Shown piece by piece: positions 36,517 to 48,048 of a DNA stretch of 64,000 nt; position 1 is the first letter of the stretch, and each line of letters begins with the position of its first letter. The stretch is from Alistipes sp. (GTDB lineage: Bacteria; Bacteroidota; Bacteroidia; Bacteroidales; Rikenellaceae). The notes under the pieces are model-generated. The model worked only from the letters and a program-made list of their open reading frames with translations. It was not told the origin of the DNA and ran no database searches. A program made the translations under genes and the position numbers. The stretch covers positions 36,621-100,620 of the forward strand of contig JAZKYX010000029.1 in NCBI GenBank assembly GCA_045612405.1, given 5' to 3'.

Positions 36517-38940
36517 TTACTTTAACGCCAATTTCAAAACTTCGTCAATCTGCTTGACATAGTGGAAGGTAAGGCCCGCAACATACTCAGCCTTAACCTC
36601 TTCCACATCCTTGCGGTTATCCTCACACAATATGAGCTCGGTAATACCAGCACGCTTGGCTGCCAAAATCTTCTCCTTGATACCACCCACAGGCATTACC
36701 CTACCACGCAAGGTCATCTCGCCCGTCATAGCGATTCGCTCCTTGATCTCGCGCTTTGTAAAGGTTGAGACAATAGAAGTGACCATAGTGATACCTGCAG
36801 AAGGTCCATCCTTTGGAATGGCACCCTCGGGAACGTGGATATTAAGGTTCTTCTTCTCGAAGAGCTCGGCATCAATACCCAACTCCTCGTGATGAGCCTG
36901 CACCCATTCGTAGGCAATAGTAGCCGACTCCTTCATCACATCGCCCAAATTACCCGTCAAGTTCAAACCACCCTTACCAGGAGTCAAGACTGACTCAATG
37001 TAGAGAATATCGCCGCCGACAGCTGTCCACGCAAGACCTGTCACAACACCAATCATACCCGCAATTTCGTACTCATCGTTGCGGAACTTAGCCTTACCCA
37101 AGATTGTCTCCAAATCCTCACTTGTAAGCGAGGCGGTATACTGTTCACCAAAAGCGATATGCTTGGCACGAGCACGCGCCAACTTGGCGATATTCTTATC
37201 CAAAGAACGCACACCCGACTCACGAGTGTAGTCCGAAATAATCTTCTCCATCATCTCACCAGAGAGTTGCAACTCGCTCTCGGCCACGCCGTGGGCCTCA
37301 CATTGCTTGCGCAACAGGTGCTTCTGGGCAATCTGTACCTTATCTTCGAGGATATATCCAGGGATATTAATCATCTCCATACGGTCGCGCAACGCTGGAT
37401 TGATGGCACCGATATCGTTGGCCGTAGCTATGAACAACACCTTTGACAAATCGTACTCTGTATCGAGATAGTTATCGTGGAATGTTGTATTCTGCTCGGG
37501 ATCCAACACCTCCAACAATGCTGATGATGGGTCGCCGTGGTTGCTCACCGTGATCTTATCAATCTCATCGAGGATAATCACAGGATTAGATGAGCCACAA
37601 CGCTTGATGGTCTGGATAATACGACCAGGCATTGCGCCAATGTATGTACGGCGATGACCACGAATCTCGCTCTCGTCGTGAAGACCACCCAACGAGATGC
37701 GACCAAACTTACGCTCCAACGCAGTGGCAACAGAGCGGCCGAGCGATGTCTTACCCACTCCCGGAGGGCCATAGAGGCAGATGATAGGCGACTTCAAATC
37801 GCCCTTCAACTTAATCACTGCCAAGTGCTCCAAGATGCGCTCCTTGACCTCCTCCAAACCGAAGTGGTCATCATCGAGTTGCTGACGAGCACGCTCCAAA
37901 TCGAGATTATCAGCTGTCACATCATCCCAGGGAAGTTCCAACATCAGTTGCAGATAGGTCATCTGAACTGAATACTCAGCAACGGCAGGGTTCAAGCGCT
38001 CAACCTTTGCAAGTTCCTTCTCGAAGAGTTCGCCAACCTCCTTTGACCAATTTTTCTTCTTGGCAGCCTCACGCATCTGATCAATTTCGGCATCGGTTGT
38101 GTCGCCCAACTCATCCTGAATTGTACGCATCTGCTGTTGGAGATAGTAATCGCGCTGCTGCTTATCAATCTCGCGCTTAACCTTCTCCTGAATCTCGTTT
38201 TTAAGCTCTGCCATCTGCTGCTCGCGCACCAAAATCTCCAACAATTTACGAGTACGGGCCAGTAAACCAGGAGCCTCCAACAACGCCTGACGATCATCGT
38301 CCGAGAAGTCCATATTGGTACAAACGAAATTAACCAAGCCACGAGGAGAATCCAAGTTCTTCAACGCAAAGACTGCCTCCTTTGGCATCGAAGCCGAGAT
38401 ATTGATGATATTGAGAGCCACCTCACGAACTGAATCAACCAAGGCCTGAAACTCAACATTATTTTCATCAGGTTGAGAGTCTCGAATAGTACGCACAGTA
38501 GCCTTCAAGTAAGGTTCTGACTGCAAATACTCACCCACCTCGATCTTCTCCAAACCGCTTAAAATAACCGTAAGATTGCCGTTGGGCATCTCCAAAATCT
38601 TGATGATTCTAGCAGCAGTACCGACCTTGTACATATCATTGGGCGATGGCACCTCTACATCGCTCTCGCGTTGGAGTACAGCACCCAAGATACCCTTATC
38701 AGCATTAACATCGCGCACCAACTTGATGCTCTTCTCGCGGCCTACCGTAATAGGGGTAATAGCACCTGGGAACAACACCGAGCTACGCAAAGAGAGGATA
38801 GGCAACGATTCGGGAAGAGTAACCTCCTCTACAATATCATCGCCGCTGGTAATAATTGGCACAACGTGATGGCGGCCATCCAAAAGTTCTGGCATAGCGT
38901 CCAAATCTGCCAATTCAATATTATTATTCTTCTTAGTCAT
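36517..38940 (-). CDS. lon: ATP-dependent Lon protease
   Basis: LON N-domain; GPPGVGKTS; [15 protein letters not shown]; GGIKEK; ATG at 38940 preferred. Confidence 0.97.
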   Translation of the reverse strand: MTKKNNNIELADLDAMPELLDGRHHVVPIITSGDDIVEEVTLPESLPILSLRSSVLFPGAITPITVGREKSIKLVRDVNADKGILGAVLQRESDVEVPSPNDMYKVGTAARIIKILEMPNGNLTVILSGLEKIEVGEYLQSEPYLKATVRTIRDSQPDENNVEFQALVDSVREVALNIINISASMPKEAVFALKNLDSPRGLVNFVCTNMDFSDDDRQALLEAPGLLARTRKLLEILVREQQMAELKNEIQEKVKREIDKQQRDYYLQQQMRTIQDELGDTTDAEIDQMREAAKKKNWSKEVGELFEKELAKVERLNPAVAEYSVQMTYLQLMLELPWDDVTADNLDLERARQQLDDDHFGLEEVKERILEHLAVIKLKGDLKSPIICLYGPPGVGKTSLGRSVATALERKFGRISLGGLHDESEIRGHRRTYIGAMPGRIIQTIKRCGSSNPVIILDEIDKITVSNHGDPSSALLEVLDPEQNTTFHDNYLDTEYDLSKVLFIATANDIGAINPALRDRMEMINIPGYILEDKVQIAQKHLLRKQCEAHGVAESELQLSGEMMEKIISDYTRESGVRSLDKNIAKLARARAKHIAFGEQYTASLTSEDLETILGKAKFRNDEYEIAGMIGVVTGLAWTAVGGDILYIESVLTPGKGGLNLTGNLGDVMKESATIAYEWVQAHHEELGIDAELFEKKNLNIHVPEGAIPKDGPSAGITMVTSIVSTFTKREIKERIAMTGEMTLRGRVMPVGGIKEKILAAKRAGITELILCEDNRKDVEEVKAEYVAGLTFHYVKQIDEVLKLALK

Positions 38941-39323
38941 AATCCTAAATTTTAACTCATCGTTTAAGTACACATTCCCTACCAACTCGCTCCGTAGAGA
39001 AACTCCAAGCACTCGTAACGACACATTTTCTCAATTGCAAAAATAATAAATTTATATCACAATACCATATATTTATTAAAGATTGTTAATAACTATTAAT
39101 AAACGAAGCGATTTGCACTATTGTTGCTCAACAAAGGAAAGTATTTTTAATTCACAGGAAATGACACAAACCACAATACCACACAAGCAAAATCACAAAG
39201 TCATCGAACGCAAACAAAAGAGATAAACCCGCCGCTTGCGACAACATAAATTCGCAGATTTAATGCATATTAATACAATCGCAATAGAAAATTAATTAAT
39301 CCACAAGAATAAGAGATAAAACT

Positions 39324-40625
39324 ATGCAACAAATAGAGATTTGGGCATTAATTCCTTTCGTTTTAATGCTGATGAGTATAGCAATTCTACCCCTGACGGC
39401 CAAGGCTTTTTGGCATAAGAATATCAATAAACTTTTAATCGCCATCATTCTCAGCATCCCAACTGCTATATACCTGATTAAAAGAGATATGGGCAATGAA
39501 CTTTCACACCAAATACTATTCGACTACACTCCTTTTATCGTTCTTCTGGGCAGTCTTTTCACCGTCACCAGCGGAATACTCATCAAAGGACATATCCGAG
39601 CCACACCAAGCAACAACACAGCCATTTTAACCATCGGTTACATCCTGGCGTCGTTCATAGGCACAACAGGAGCCGCAATGCTATTAATTCATCTACTTCT
39701 GAAAATAAACAACCACAGAGAGCATAAAACACACACAATCTTATTTTTCATAGCTCTGGTAGCCAACTGCGGAGGCATTTTATCACCTCTGGGCGACCCG
39801 CCACTCTTCCTACTATACCTACAAGGAGCTGACTTTGGATGGTTTTTCAAAATGCTCCCACAATGGGCAAGCCTTGGAGTATTACTCCTTTGCACATACT
39901 ACTTTACCGATAGACAATATTATTGTCGAGAGGAGAAAACCGAGATAATAATAGCCGATTTCAGAGAGCGAAGCCCAATTAAAATCGAGGGCAAGATCAA
40001 CATTCTATACCTCGCTCTAATCATTCTTGCCGTATCGTTTATCAATAGCTCATACATACCCAAAATAGAGTTCGCAACATCGCCGTTACATATCAAATTT
40101 CTAAGAGAATTGACACTCACAGCAATAGCCATTGCCTCATTAGCCACAACTCGCAAGCAAATCAGAGCGGAGAATCATTTTTCGTGGGATCCAATCATCG
40201 AAGTTGCATATATATTCATCGGAATATTCATCACAATGACCCCCGCGCTGCTGTTTTTAGGTCAGAACGCCGAGAGATTGGGCATCACAAAACCATGGCA
40301 ATTCTACTATTCAACGGGACTCCTTTCCGCATTCCTTGACAACTCACCAACAGCCATTGCATTCAACGCCGTAGCAAGAAATATCCCCACCACAAGCGGA
40401 GCTACCGTAGCAGGCGTGAACGAATTGATACTAAAAGCAATAGCGATGGGTGCCGTATTCTTTGGGGCGATGAGCTACATAGGCAATGGCCCAAACTTTA
40501 TGATCAAAGCAATAGCAGAACACGAAGGAGTGAAGATGCCAACCTTTTTCAAATACATAACGTCGTTTTCGATAAAGATTTTACTGCCGACATACATACT
40601 AATACAACTTTTGTTTCTGCATTAA
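39324..40625 (+). CDS. Putative Na+/H+ antiporter / ion-transporter superfamily membrane protein (CitMHS_2-like)
   Basis: About 12 TM; GTTGAAMLLI, ANCGGILSPLGDPPLFL, LSAFLDNSPT, YIGNGPNFM. Confidence 0.85.
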   Translation: MQQIEIWALIPFVLMLMSIAILPLTAKAFWHKNINKLLIAIILSIPTAIYLIKRDMGNELSHQILFDYTPFIVLLGSLFTVTSGILIKGHIRATPSNNTAILTIGYILASFIGTTGAAMLLIHLLLKINNHREHKTHTILFFIALVANCGGILSPLGDPPLFLLYLQGADFGWFFKMLPQWASLGVLLLCTYYFTDRQYYCREEKTEIIIADFRERSPIKIEGKINILYLALIILAVSFINSSYIPKIEFATSPLHIKFLRELTLTAIAIASLATTRKQIRAENHFSWDPIIEVAYIFIGIFITMTPALLFLGQNAERLGITKPWQFYYSTGLLSAFLDNSPTAIAFNAVARNIPTTSGATVAGVNELILKAIAMGAVFFGAMSYIGNGPNFMIKAIAEHEGVKMPTFFKYITSFSIKILLPTYILIQLLFLH

Positions 40626-40640
40626 ACGAAAAAGCACCAC

Positions 40641-40669
40641 TCCCGACCCGAAAGTCGGGATTTTTTTTT
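40641..40669 (+). terminator. Rho-independent terminator
   Basis: tcccgac/gtcggga stem followed by T9. Confidence 0.85.
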
Positions 40670-40786
40670 GGCCATAAGAGCCGAGAATAACTATTTATTT
40701 TGTATCTTTGCCAAATCGCGCGTATATATGCGCAAGCGAGGCATTAGAAAAACACGAAAAGAAAAACAATAATAAATTTCACAATT

Positions 40787-43411
40787 ATGGTAGCAGATAA
40801 ATACACGCCACAAGATATCGAATCGAAGTGGTATGAGTATTGGATTGACAACAAACATTTTCACTCGGAGCCAGATGCTCGCGAACCCTACACAATAGTT
40901 ATCCCACCACCCAATGTAACGGGTATGTTACATATGGGTCATATGCTTAACAACACGTTGCAGGATGTGTTGATGCGTCGCGCACGCCAGGCTGGCAAGA
41001 ACGCTTGCTGGGTACCAGGTACCGACCACGCATCTATCGCCACTGAGGCAAAAGTTGTGGCAAAGCTCGCAGCCGAGGGTATCAACAAGGCTGACCTCAC
41101 ACGCGAGGAGTTCCTTGCTCACGCTTGGGAGTGGAAGGAGAAGCACGGTGGTATCATCTTGCAGCAGTTGCGCAAGTTGGGTGCTTCGTGTGACTGGGAC
41201 CGCACTTGCTTTACAATGGATGAGCCTCGTACAGAGAGCGTCATCAAGGTATTCTGCGACCTCTATGAGAAGGGCAAGATCTACCGCGGTGTGAGAATGG
41301 TAAACTGGGACCCATCGGCAAAGACTGCCCTTTCGGATGAGGAGGTAATCTACAAGGAGTCACAGGGTAAGCTCTACTACTTGCGTTATAAGTTGGAGAA
41401 CAGCGACCGCTACTTGGTTGTTGCGACAACACGTCCAGAGACAATCTTGGGCGATACTGCCGTATGTTTGAACCCTAACGACGAGCGTTATGCCGACATC
41501 CCTGAGGGTGCAAAGGTTATCGTACCTTTGGTGGGCCGTGCTATTCCAATCATCCGCGACGAGTATGTGGATATCGAGTTCGGTACAGGTGCATTGAAGG
41601 TTACACCTGCTCACGATGTGAACGACTATATGCTCGGCGAGAAGTACAACTTGCCTTCAATTGACATCTTCAACGACGATGGTACAATCAACAACAAGGT
41701 TGGTATGTATGTTGGCGTGGATCGTTTCGAGTGCCGCAAGCAGATTGAGGTTGCATTGCAGGAGGCTGGCCTGATGGAGAAGGTCGAGGCTTACACCAAC
41801 AACGTGGGTTACTCAGAGCGTACGGGTGTGGCTATCGAGCCTAAGCTCTCGATGCAGTGGTTCCTCTCAATGAAGGAGATTGCAGAGCCAGCGACAAAGG
41901 CCGTGATGGAGGATGTGATTAAGTTCGTTCCTGCAAAGTATAAGAACACCTACCGCCACTGGATGGAGAACATCAAGGATTGGTGTATCTCACGTCAGTT
42001 GTGGTGGGGTCAGCGCATCCCTGCATACTACTTACCAGAGGGTGGTTATGTAATCGCCGAGACTGCCGAGAAGGCTTTGGAGCTTGCTCGCCAGAAGACA
42101 GGCAACACAGAGTTGCAGATGAGCGATTTGCGACAGGACGATGACGTATTGGATACTTGGTTCTCATCTTGGTTGTGGCCAATCTCGGTATTTGATGGCA
42201 TCCGCAACCCAGACAACGAGGATATCAAATACTACTACCCAACAAACGATTTGATTACTGGTCCAGATATCATCTTCTTCTGGGTGGCTCGTATGATTAT
42301 GGCGGGTTATGAGTACCGCGGCGAGATGCCATTCGGTAATGTATATTTCACGGGTATCGTACGCGACAAGTTGGGCCGCAAGATGTCGAAGCAGCTCGGC
42401 AACTCGCCTGACCCACTCGATTTGATTGCAAAGTATGGCGCCGACGGTATGCGTGTAGCGATGATGCTCTCATCATCGGCTGGTAACGACGTGATGTTCG
42501 ACGAGGCTCTCTGCGAGCAGGGTCGTAACTTCGGTAACAAGATTTGGAATGCCTACCGCTTGATATCAATGTGGCAGGTGGATGAGAATATTGCCCAGAG
42601 CGAAAACAACAAGATTTCAACAGAGTGGTTCAAGCACACTTTGTCGAAGGCTATCGAGGAGATTAACTCTCTCTTCGCTACATATCGTATTTCGGAGGCA
42701 TTTATGCGCATCTACAAGCTCTTCTGGGACGATTTCAGCGGTTGGTACTTGGAGATGGTGAAGCCTGCGTACCAGCAGCCTATCGACAAGGCTACAATGG
42801 ATATAACACGCCACTACTTCGACCTGTTGATGCGTCTTATCCATCCATTTATGCCATTCGTTACCGAGGAGATTTGGCAGGACATCACACCACGCGAGGC
42901 TGGCCAGACAATTATGTTTGCACCAATGCCTGAGGCAAGCGAGGTGGACGAGGCTATGCTCGCACGCTTTGCTTTGGTAATGGAGGCTATCTCGGGTGTG
43001 CGCAACGTTCGCAAGCAGAAGAACATCCCACAGAAGCAGGCACTCGCATTGAACGTAATCAGCGACGAGAACTATCCAGCTGAGATGGCTGCAGTGATTA
43101 TCAAGATGTGTAATTTGGAAGGCATCACCGCAATCACCGAGAAGGATCCTACCGCCGACTCATTCATCGTAAAGACCACTCAGTACTTCATCCCAATGGG
43201 TGACAAGATTGACAAGGAGGCCGAGATGAAGAAGTTGCAGGAGGAACTCACTTACCTGGAAGGTTTCTTGGCAAGCGTAATGAAGAAACTCTCAAACGAG
43301 CGTTTCGTAAGTTCTGCACCTGAGAAGGTTGTGGCTAACGAGCGCGCCAAGCAGTCAGACGCCGAGGCTAAGATCGCTGCTATCAAGGAGCGTATGGAGG
43401 CAATGAAATAG
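40787..43411 (+). CDS. valS: Valine--tRNA ligase
   Basis: PPNVTG.LHMGH (HIGH), KMSKQLGN (KMSKS), C-terminal coiled coil. Confidence 0.98.
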   Translation: MVADKYTPQDIESKWYEYWIDNKHFHSEPDAREPYTIVIPPPNVTGMLHMGHMLNNTLQDVLMRRARQAGKNACWVPGTDHASIATEAKVVAKLAAEGINKADLTREEFLAHAWEWKEKHGGIILQQLRKLGASCDWDRTCFTMDEPRTESVIKVFCDLYEKGKIYRGVRMVNWDPSAKTALSDEEVIYKESQGKLYYLRYKLENSDRYLVVATTRPETILGDTAVCLNPNDERYADIPEGAKVIVPLVGRAIPIIRDEYVDIEFGTGALKVTPAHDVNDYMLGEKYNLPSIDIFNDDGTINNKVGMYVGVDRFECRKQIEVALQEAGLMEKVEAYTNNVGYSERTGVAIEPKLSMQWFLSMKEIAEPATKAVMEDVIKFVPAKYKNTYRHWMENIKDWCISRQLWWGQRIPAYYLPEGGYVIAETAEKALELARQKTGNTELQMSDLRQDDDVLDTWFSSWLWPISVFDGIRNPDNEDIKYYYPTNDLITGPDIIFFWVARMIMAGYEYRGEMPFGNVYFTGIVRDKLGRKMSKQLGNSPDPLDLIAKYGADGMRVAMMLSSSAGNDVMFDEALCEQGRNFGNKIWNAYRLISMWQVDENIAQSENNKISTEWFKHTLSKAIEEINSLFATYRISEAFMRIYKLFWDDFSGWYLEMVKPAYQQPIDKATMDITRHYFDLLMRLIHPFMPFVTEEIWQDITPREAGQTIMFAPMPEASEVDEAMLARFALVMEAISGVRNVRKQKNIPQKQALALNVISDENYPAEMAAVIIKMCNLEGITAITEKDPTADSFIVKTTQYFIPMGDKIDKEAEMKKLQEELTYLEGFLASVMKKLSNERFVSSAPEKVVANERAKQSDAEAKIAAIKERMEAMK

Positions 43412-43417
43412 TCATAA

Positions 43418-43873
43418 ATGGCACAGATAACCATATACACCGACGGCTCTTCGTTGGGCAACCCCGGACCGGGAGGCTACGGAATAGTGCTCCTCTCGGG
43501 GCCCCACCGCAAAGAGCTGTCGGCAGGTTTTCGACTTACGACCAACAACCGTATGGAGTTGATGGCTGTATGTGTGGCATTGGAGGCATTGAAATATGAT
43601 GGCAACGATGTGACGATATACTCCGACTCGAAATATGTGGTCGAGGCTGTAAATCAGCGTTGGGTATTCGGTTGGGAGAAGAAGGGCTTTGCAGGAAAGA
43701 AAAACCCCGACCTCTGGATGCGTTTTCTGCGTATCTATCGCCGCCACAGAGTGAAGTTTGTGTGGGTGAAGGGTCACGCCTCAACCGTAGAGAATAACCG
43801 TTGTGACGAATTGGCTGTGACAGCCGCATCGGGCACAATGCTGTGCGAGGATACGGGATATATACCTGAATAG
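43418..43873 (+). CDS. rnhA: Ribonuclease HI
   Basis: YTDGSSLGNPGPGG, TTNNRMEL, SDSKY, WVKGH, NNRCDELA. Confidence 0.97.
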   Translation: MAQITIYTDGSSLGNPGPGGYGIVLLSGPHRKELSAGFRLTTNNRMELMAVCVALEALKYDGNDVTIYSDSKYVVEAVNQRWVFGWEKKGFAGKKNPDLWMRFLRIYRRHRVKFVWVKGHASTVENNRCDELAVTAASGTMLCEDTGYIPE

Positions 43874-43875
43874 AG

Positions 43876-44232
43876 ATGGATATTGAGAGTATTCGAGAAT
43901 ACTGTCTGCAAAAACAGTTGGTCACAGAGGAGTTTCCCTTTGATGACAGCACATTGGTGTTTAAGGTTGCAGGGAAGATTTTCGCTTGTATGCCGCTGGA
44001 AAGACCAGGATTTTTGGCCTTGAAATGCGACGCTGACTATGCGCTGAAACTTAGGGAGCGATACTCAGCCATTGAGCCTGCGTGGCACCTCAACAAGAGA
44101 TATTGGAATCAGTTGCTGATTCACTCACTCGACGATGATCTCATTCGACACCTGATAGACCACTCTTATGAGGAGGTTGTCAAAAAATTTAGTCGGCGCC
44201 GTAGAGCAGAGTTGAATCTTATGGAGTTGTGA
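43876..44232 (+). CDS. MmcQ/YjbR family DNA-binding protein
   Basis: EEFPFDDSTLVFKVAGKIF, LKCD, PAWHLNKRYWN. Confidence 0.9.
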   Translation: MDIESIREYCLQKQLVTEEFPFDDSTLVFKVAGKIFACMPLERPGFLALKCDADYALKLRERYSAIEPAWHLNKRYWNQLLIHSLDDDLIRHLIDHSYEEVVKKFSRRRRAELNLMEL

Positions 44233-44233
44233 T

Positions 44234-45016
44234 ATGAAACTCACATTTTTGGGAACAGGAACGTCACAAGGTGTGCCCGTCATAGGGTGCCATTGCAATG
44301 TGTGTCAATCCTCGGATTGGCACGACAAACGTCTGCGCACCTCGGCAATGGTTGAGGTCGAAGATATACGCATTGTGATAGATTGGGGACCCGATTTCAG
44401 GCAGCAGATGTTGCGGGCGGGAGTCAGAGAGATTGATGCCATATTGCTTACACATCAGCACAAAGACCATATAGGAGGATTGGATGATGTAAGAGCTTTT
44501 AACTTTGTCGATTTCCCCACCATTCGCCCCGTGGATATTTACGCCAACGAGGCGACAGCAGCTTGCGTGAGAAAGGATTTCGACTATGCCTTTGCCGAGA
44601 ATAAATATATAGGTGCACCAGAGATGCGTCTGCACGAAATTAGCGCCAAAGAGAGTTTTAGGATTAAAGGCGTGGAGATTATTCCTATACAGGGTAAACA
44701 CTCCGACAGATTTGAAGTGCTGGGTTATAGAATTGGGCGATTGGCCTATATGACCGACTTCAAGACTATTGAGCCAGAGGAGGAGAAAAAACTTCAAGAT
44801 GTGGATACGTTGGTGATAAACGCACTAAGATTCAAGCCTCACCACTCACACTTCAATGTCGAGGAGGCGATGGCCGTCATCGAACGAGTGAAGCCGCGAC
44901 AAACATTTTTAACCCATCTATCCCACGATATTGGGCTGCACGAGGAGTCAAAGAAAAGACTCGCTGCGGGAGTTGAATTGGCATACGACACGCTAACAAT
45001 AGATATTAAGGAGTAA
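44234..45016 (+). CDS. MBL-fold metallo-hydrolase (PhnP-like)
   Basis: FLGTGTSQGVP, CxC..C, THQHKDHIGGLDD, HLSH. Confidence 0.92.
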   Translation: MKLTFLGTGTSQGVPVIGCHCNVCQSSDWHDKRLRTSAMVEVEDIRIVIDWGPDFRQQMLRAGVREIDAILLTHQHKDHIGGLDDVRAFNFVDFPTIRPVDIYANEATAACVRKDFDYAFAENKYIGAPEMRLHEISAKESFRIKGVEIIPIQGKHSDRFEVLGYRIGRLAYMTDFKTIEPEEEKKLQDVDTLVINALRFKPHHSHFNVEEAMAVIERVKPRQTFLTHLSHDIGLHEESKKRLAAGVELAYDTLTIDIKE

Positions 45017-45022
45017 TACGTT

Positions 45023-45841
45023 ATGGCAAACTTTATGAACGGGAAAACGGTGATTATCACCGGTGCATCATCTGGAATTGGCGAGGCTATGGCTTGCGAA
45101 TATGCCAAAATGGGGGCCAATGTTGTACTTGGGGCACGTCAGGTAGACAAATTGGAGGCGCTTGCCAAGGAGATTTGCGCCAACGGCGGTAAGGTAGCTT
45201 GGACAGCAACCGATGTGACCAAGATGGAAGATTGCGAGAGGTTGATACAAACAGCTGTTGAGAATTTCGGTGGCATCGATGTAATGATTTGCAATGCTGG
45301 CATATCGATGAGAGCCCTGTTCGACGATTTGGATATGAGCGTTATGCACCGTTTGATGGATGTAAATTTCTGGGGAACGGTATATTGCACGAAGTATGCA
45401 CTACCCTATTTGCAGAAATCAAAAGGCTCGCTGGTAGGCATATCATCGGTAGCAGGTATTCACGGTCTACCGGGCAGAACGGGTTATTCGGCATCAAAAT
45501 TTGCAATGACGGGATTTTTGGAAACCATACGCATTGAGAACCTTAAAAAAGGGGTACACGTTATGGTTGCCTGCCCAGGATTTACGGCATCGAACGTTCG
45601 TTTCGCAGCACTCACGGCCGACGGTTCGCCACAAGGTGCAACACCTCGCCAGGAGGGTAAAATGATGACTCCCAAAGAGGTGGCACACATCGTGGCACGC
45701 GACATTGCTCGTCGCAAGCGTCTGTGTTTGATGGAGGCCGAAGGTCGCGCAACACACTTCATCAAGAAGTTTGCCCCAGCCCTGGTGGATAAAATCTTCT
45801 ATTGGGTAATGTCGAAAGAGCCAGATTCGCCGTTTAAGTAG
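45023..45841 (+). CDS. SDR family oxidoreductase
   Basis: TGASSGIG, CNAG, YSASK. Confidence 0.92.
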   Translation: MANFMNGKTVIITGASSGIGEAMACEYAKMGANVVLGARQVDKLEALAKEICANGGKVAWTATDVTKMEDCERLIQTAVENFGGIDVMICNAGISMRALFDDLDMSVMHRLMDVNFWGTVYCTKYALPYLQKSKGSLVGISSVAGIHGLPGRTGYSASKFAMTGFLETIRIENLKKGVHVMVACPGFTASNVRFAALTADGSPQGATPRQEGKMMTPKEVAHIVARDIARRKRLCLMEAEGRATHFIKKFAPALVDKIFYWVMSKEPDSPFK

Positions 45842-45862
45842 GCAATGATTATTACTATATCG

Positions 45863-45899
45863 AAATAAAACCGAGATGAAAATCATCTCGGTTTTATTT
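45863..45899. terminator. Bidirectional terminator
   Basis: aaataaaaccgagatga-aaa-tcatctcggttttattt, 17-bp perfect inverted repeat. Confidence 0.9.
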
Positions 45900-45900
45900 A

Positions 45901-47937
45901 TTAATCCACCTTCCTTAATACAATTGCAGTACGCGAAGTGTTGTAAATCTTCAAACGTGGATAGAGCGTTCCATCTTCTCCCTCGATGTTAAATGTGAAG
46001 TGCTCCTCGCCCGCCTTCTGTCGTGCCAAACCACCAAAGCGTTTCTCGTCGGTAGAGAGTACAACCTCGTACTTACCAGCCTCGTGAACAGGCAACTCAT
46101 AATCGGGAATTGCCGCCGTTGGATGCCAGTTGAAGACAAAAATTAGATCGCGGTGAGAATAGACCATAGTCTTATTCTCCTCATCCATCAACAGATTGTA
46201 AGGATAGCCATCGGAAAGTATCTTCTTATCCTTCACAAGCTCAATCATAGCCTCATCGAAATCGGCCAAGAAGGCGTAACGCAAGAAGCCATTATCTCGC
46301 AACGACCACTGACGGCGTGCATAGCTATAAGACCAGCCATTTCCCTCGCGTGGGAAATCAATCCACTCTGGATGGCCAAACTCATTACCCATAAAGTTAA
46401 GATAGGCCTCACCGCCGGTAGTGATGGTCAAAAGGCGGATCATCTTATGCAGAGCCATACCGCGATCAATAACCATACTCTCGCTCGCACGGTCCATTGA
46501 ATCATACATCAACTTATCCAGCAAGCGGAAGGCAATGGTCTTGTCACCCACCAACGCCTGGTCGTGCGACTCGGCATAGGCCACAGTCTTGACATCGGGC
46601 AAGCGATTGGTCATAATGCTCCACATCTCCCATATATTCCAATCCTCATCAGGGATATCCTTCAACAACTTAATCCAGAAATCGGGGATAGCCATACCGA
46701 GTCGGTAATCAAAGCCTATACCACCATCATCAATCTTGCAACACATACCCGGCATACCGCTAACATCCTCGGCAATGGTGACAGCCGTAGGACGGAAGTC
46801 GTGAATGAGTCGGTTGGCAAGCGTGAGGTAGGTCACAGCATCCAAATCAACACCCTCATCAAAGAACTTGTCGCGTGTATCAAAATCGGTATAACCGCGA
46901 TGATAATACAACATAGAGGTTACGCCATCAAAACGGAAGCCATCGAAATGGTACTCATCGAGCCAATACTTGACATTAGAGAGCAGGAAGTGTTCAACAC
47001 CTCCCTTACCATAGTCAAAGACCATCGAATCCCAATATTTCTGATAACCAGCCTCACCTTGCTTGGAGTAGTGATAACCCGAGCCATCAAGATCGAGGAT
47101 TCCCTCGTTCATATTCTTGACATAATGAGCGTGTACCAAATCCATAATCACTGCAATACCCATCTTATGAGCAGCATCGATGAGTGCCTTCAACTCCTCG
47201 GGCGTACCACAACGAGATGATGGCGCGAAGAAGTTGGCAACGTGGTAACCAAACGAGCCATAGTAAGGGTGTTCGGCAATAGCCATCAACTGGACAGCAT
47301 TATATCCCGCCTTTTTAATTCGAGGCAACACCTTCTTTGTAAACTCTTTGTAAGTTCCCACCTTAGCCTCCTCCTGCGACATACCGACGTGGGCCTCATA
47401 GATGAGCAGATCACCCACCTGAGAGATATCGAACTTCTTGTTCTTCCACTTATATGGTTTTTCGGCATTCCAGAATTGGGCAGTATAGTTTTTGGTATTC
47501 TCATCCTGAACCACTCGTGTGGCGTAGGCTGGAATACGGTCGTGCCAACCGTTCTTACCGTGAACGTGGAGCTTATAGAGTGAGCCGTGGGTCAAGAGAT
47601 GACCATACATAGCATTGGGCAGGAAGATGCTCCACACACCATCACGATTCTTATCCAGGCGCAGCTGGGTACGCTGCCAAGAGTTGAAGTCGCCAAAGAT
47701 GAAAACATCATAAGCCTCAGGAAGCCACTCCCTGAACCACCAGCCATCCAATACTGCATCCCACTGCCAGCCATAATAGCGATAGCCATTGGCATAATCA
47801 ACAATCGATCCCGCCTGCTGCTCGATGGCATTCATACGGGCTACATAACGATTATGACGGTCGGCAATGCGCTCAGCAACAGGGTGCAACCACTCATCTC
47901 GCTCGACCATCGGCAATATCTTATTTATGTTCTCCAT
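45901..47937 (-). CDS. glgB: 1,4-alpha-glucan branching enzyme (GH13)
   Basis: IYEAHVG, YGSFGYHV, DGFRFDGVTSM, AEDVSG, YAESHDQ, FMGNEFGHPEWIDFPR; ATG at 47937 preferred. Confidence 0.95.
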   Translation of the reverse strand: MENINKILPMVERDEWLHPVAERIADRHNRYVARMNAIEQQAGSIVDYANGYRYYGWQWDAVLDGWWFREWLPEAYDVFIFGDFNSWQRTQLRLDKNRDGVWSIFLPNAMYGHLLTHGSLYKLHVHGKNGWHDRIPAYATRVVQDENTKNYTAQFWNAEKPYKWKNKKFDISQVGDLLIYEAHVGMSQEEAKVGTYKEFTKKVLPRIKKAGYNAVQLMAIAEHPYYGSFGYHVANFFAPSSRCGTPEELKALIDAAHKMGIAVIMDLVHAHYVKNMNEGILDLDGSGYHYSKQGEAGYQKYWDSMVFDYGKGGVEHFLLSNVKYWLDEYHFDGFRFDGVTSMLYYHRGYTDFDTRDKFFDEGVDLDAVTYLTLANRLIHDFRPTAVTIAEDVSGMPGMCCKIDDGGIGFDYRLGMAIPDFWIKLLKDIPDEDWNIWEMWSIMTNRLPDVKTVAYAESHDQALVGDKTIAFRLLDKLMYDSMDRASESMVIDRGMALHKMIRLLTITTGGEAYLNFMGNEFGHPEWIDFPREGNGWSYSYARRQWSLRDNGFLRYAFLADFDEAMIELVKDKKILSDGYPYNLLMDEENKTMVYSHRDLIFVFNWHPTAAIPDYELPVHEAGKYEVVLSTDEKRFGGLARQKAGEEHFTFNIEGEDGTLYPRLKIYNTSRTAIVLRKVD

Positions 47938-48048
47938 AGAAGAGGTTGTTTTTAGTATATTTATACACAAATATACAAAATATTTCGTTATCTTTGTCGG
48001 AAATTGTTAGAAACAATATAATATTAACTATTAAATAACTAAAAAACT

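Noticed and set aside
39160-39225. 21-codon upstream ORF (MTQTTIPHKQNHKVIERKQKR) or riboswitch ahead of the antiporter
   Set aside because: No regulatory codon run, no terminator/antiterminator and no recognisable riboswitch core.
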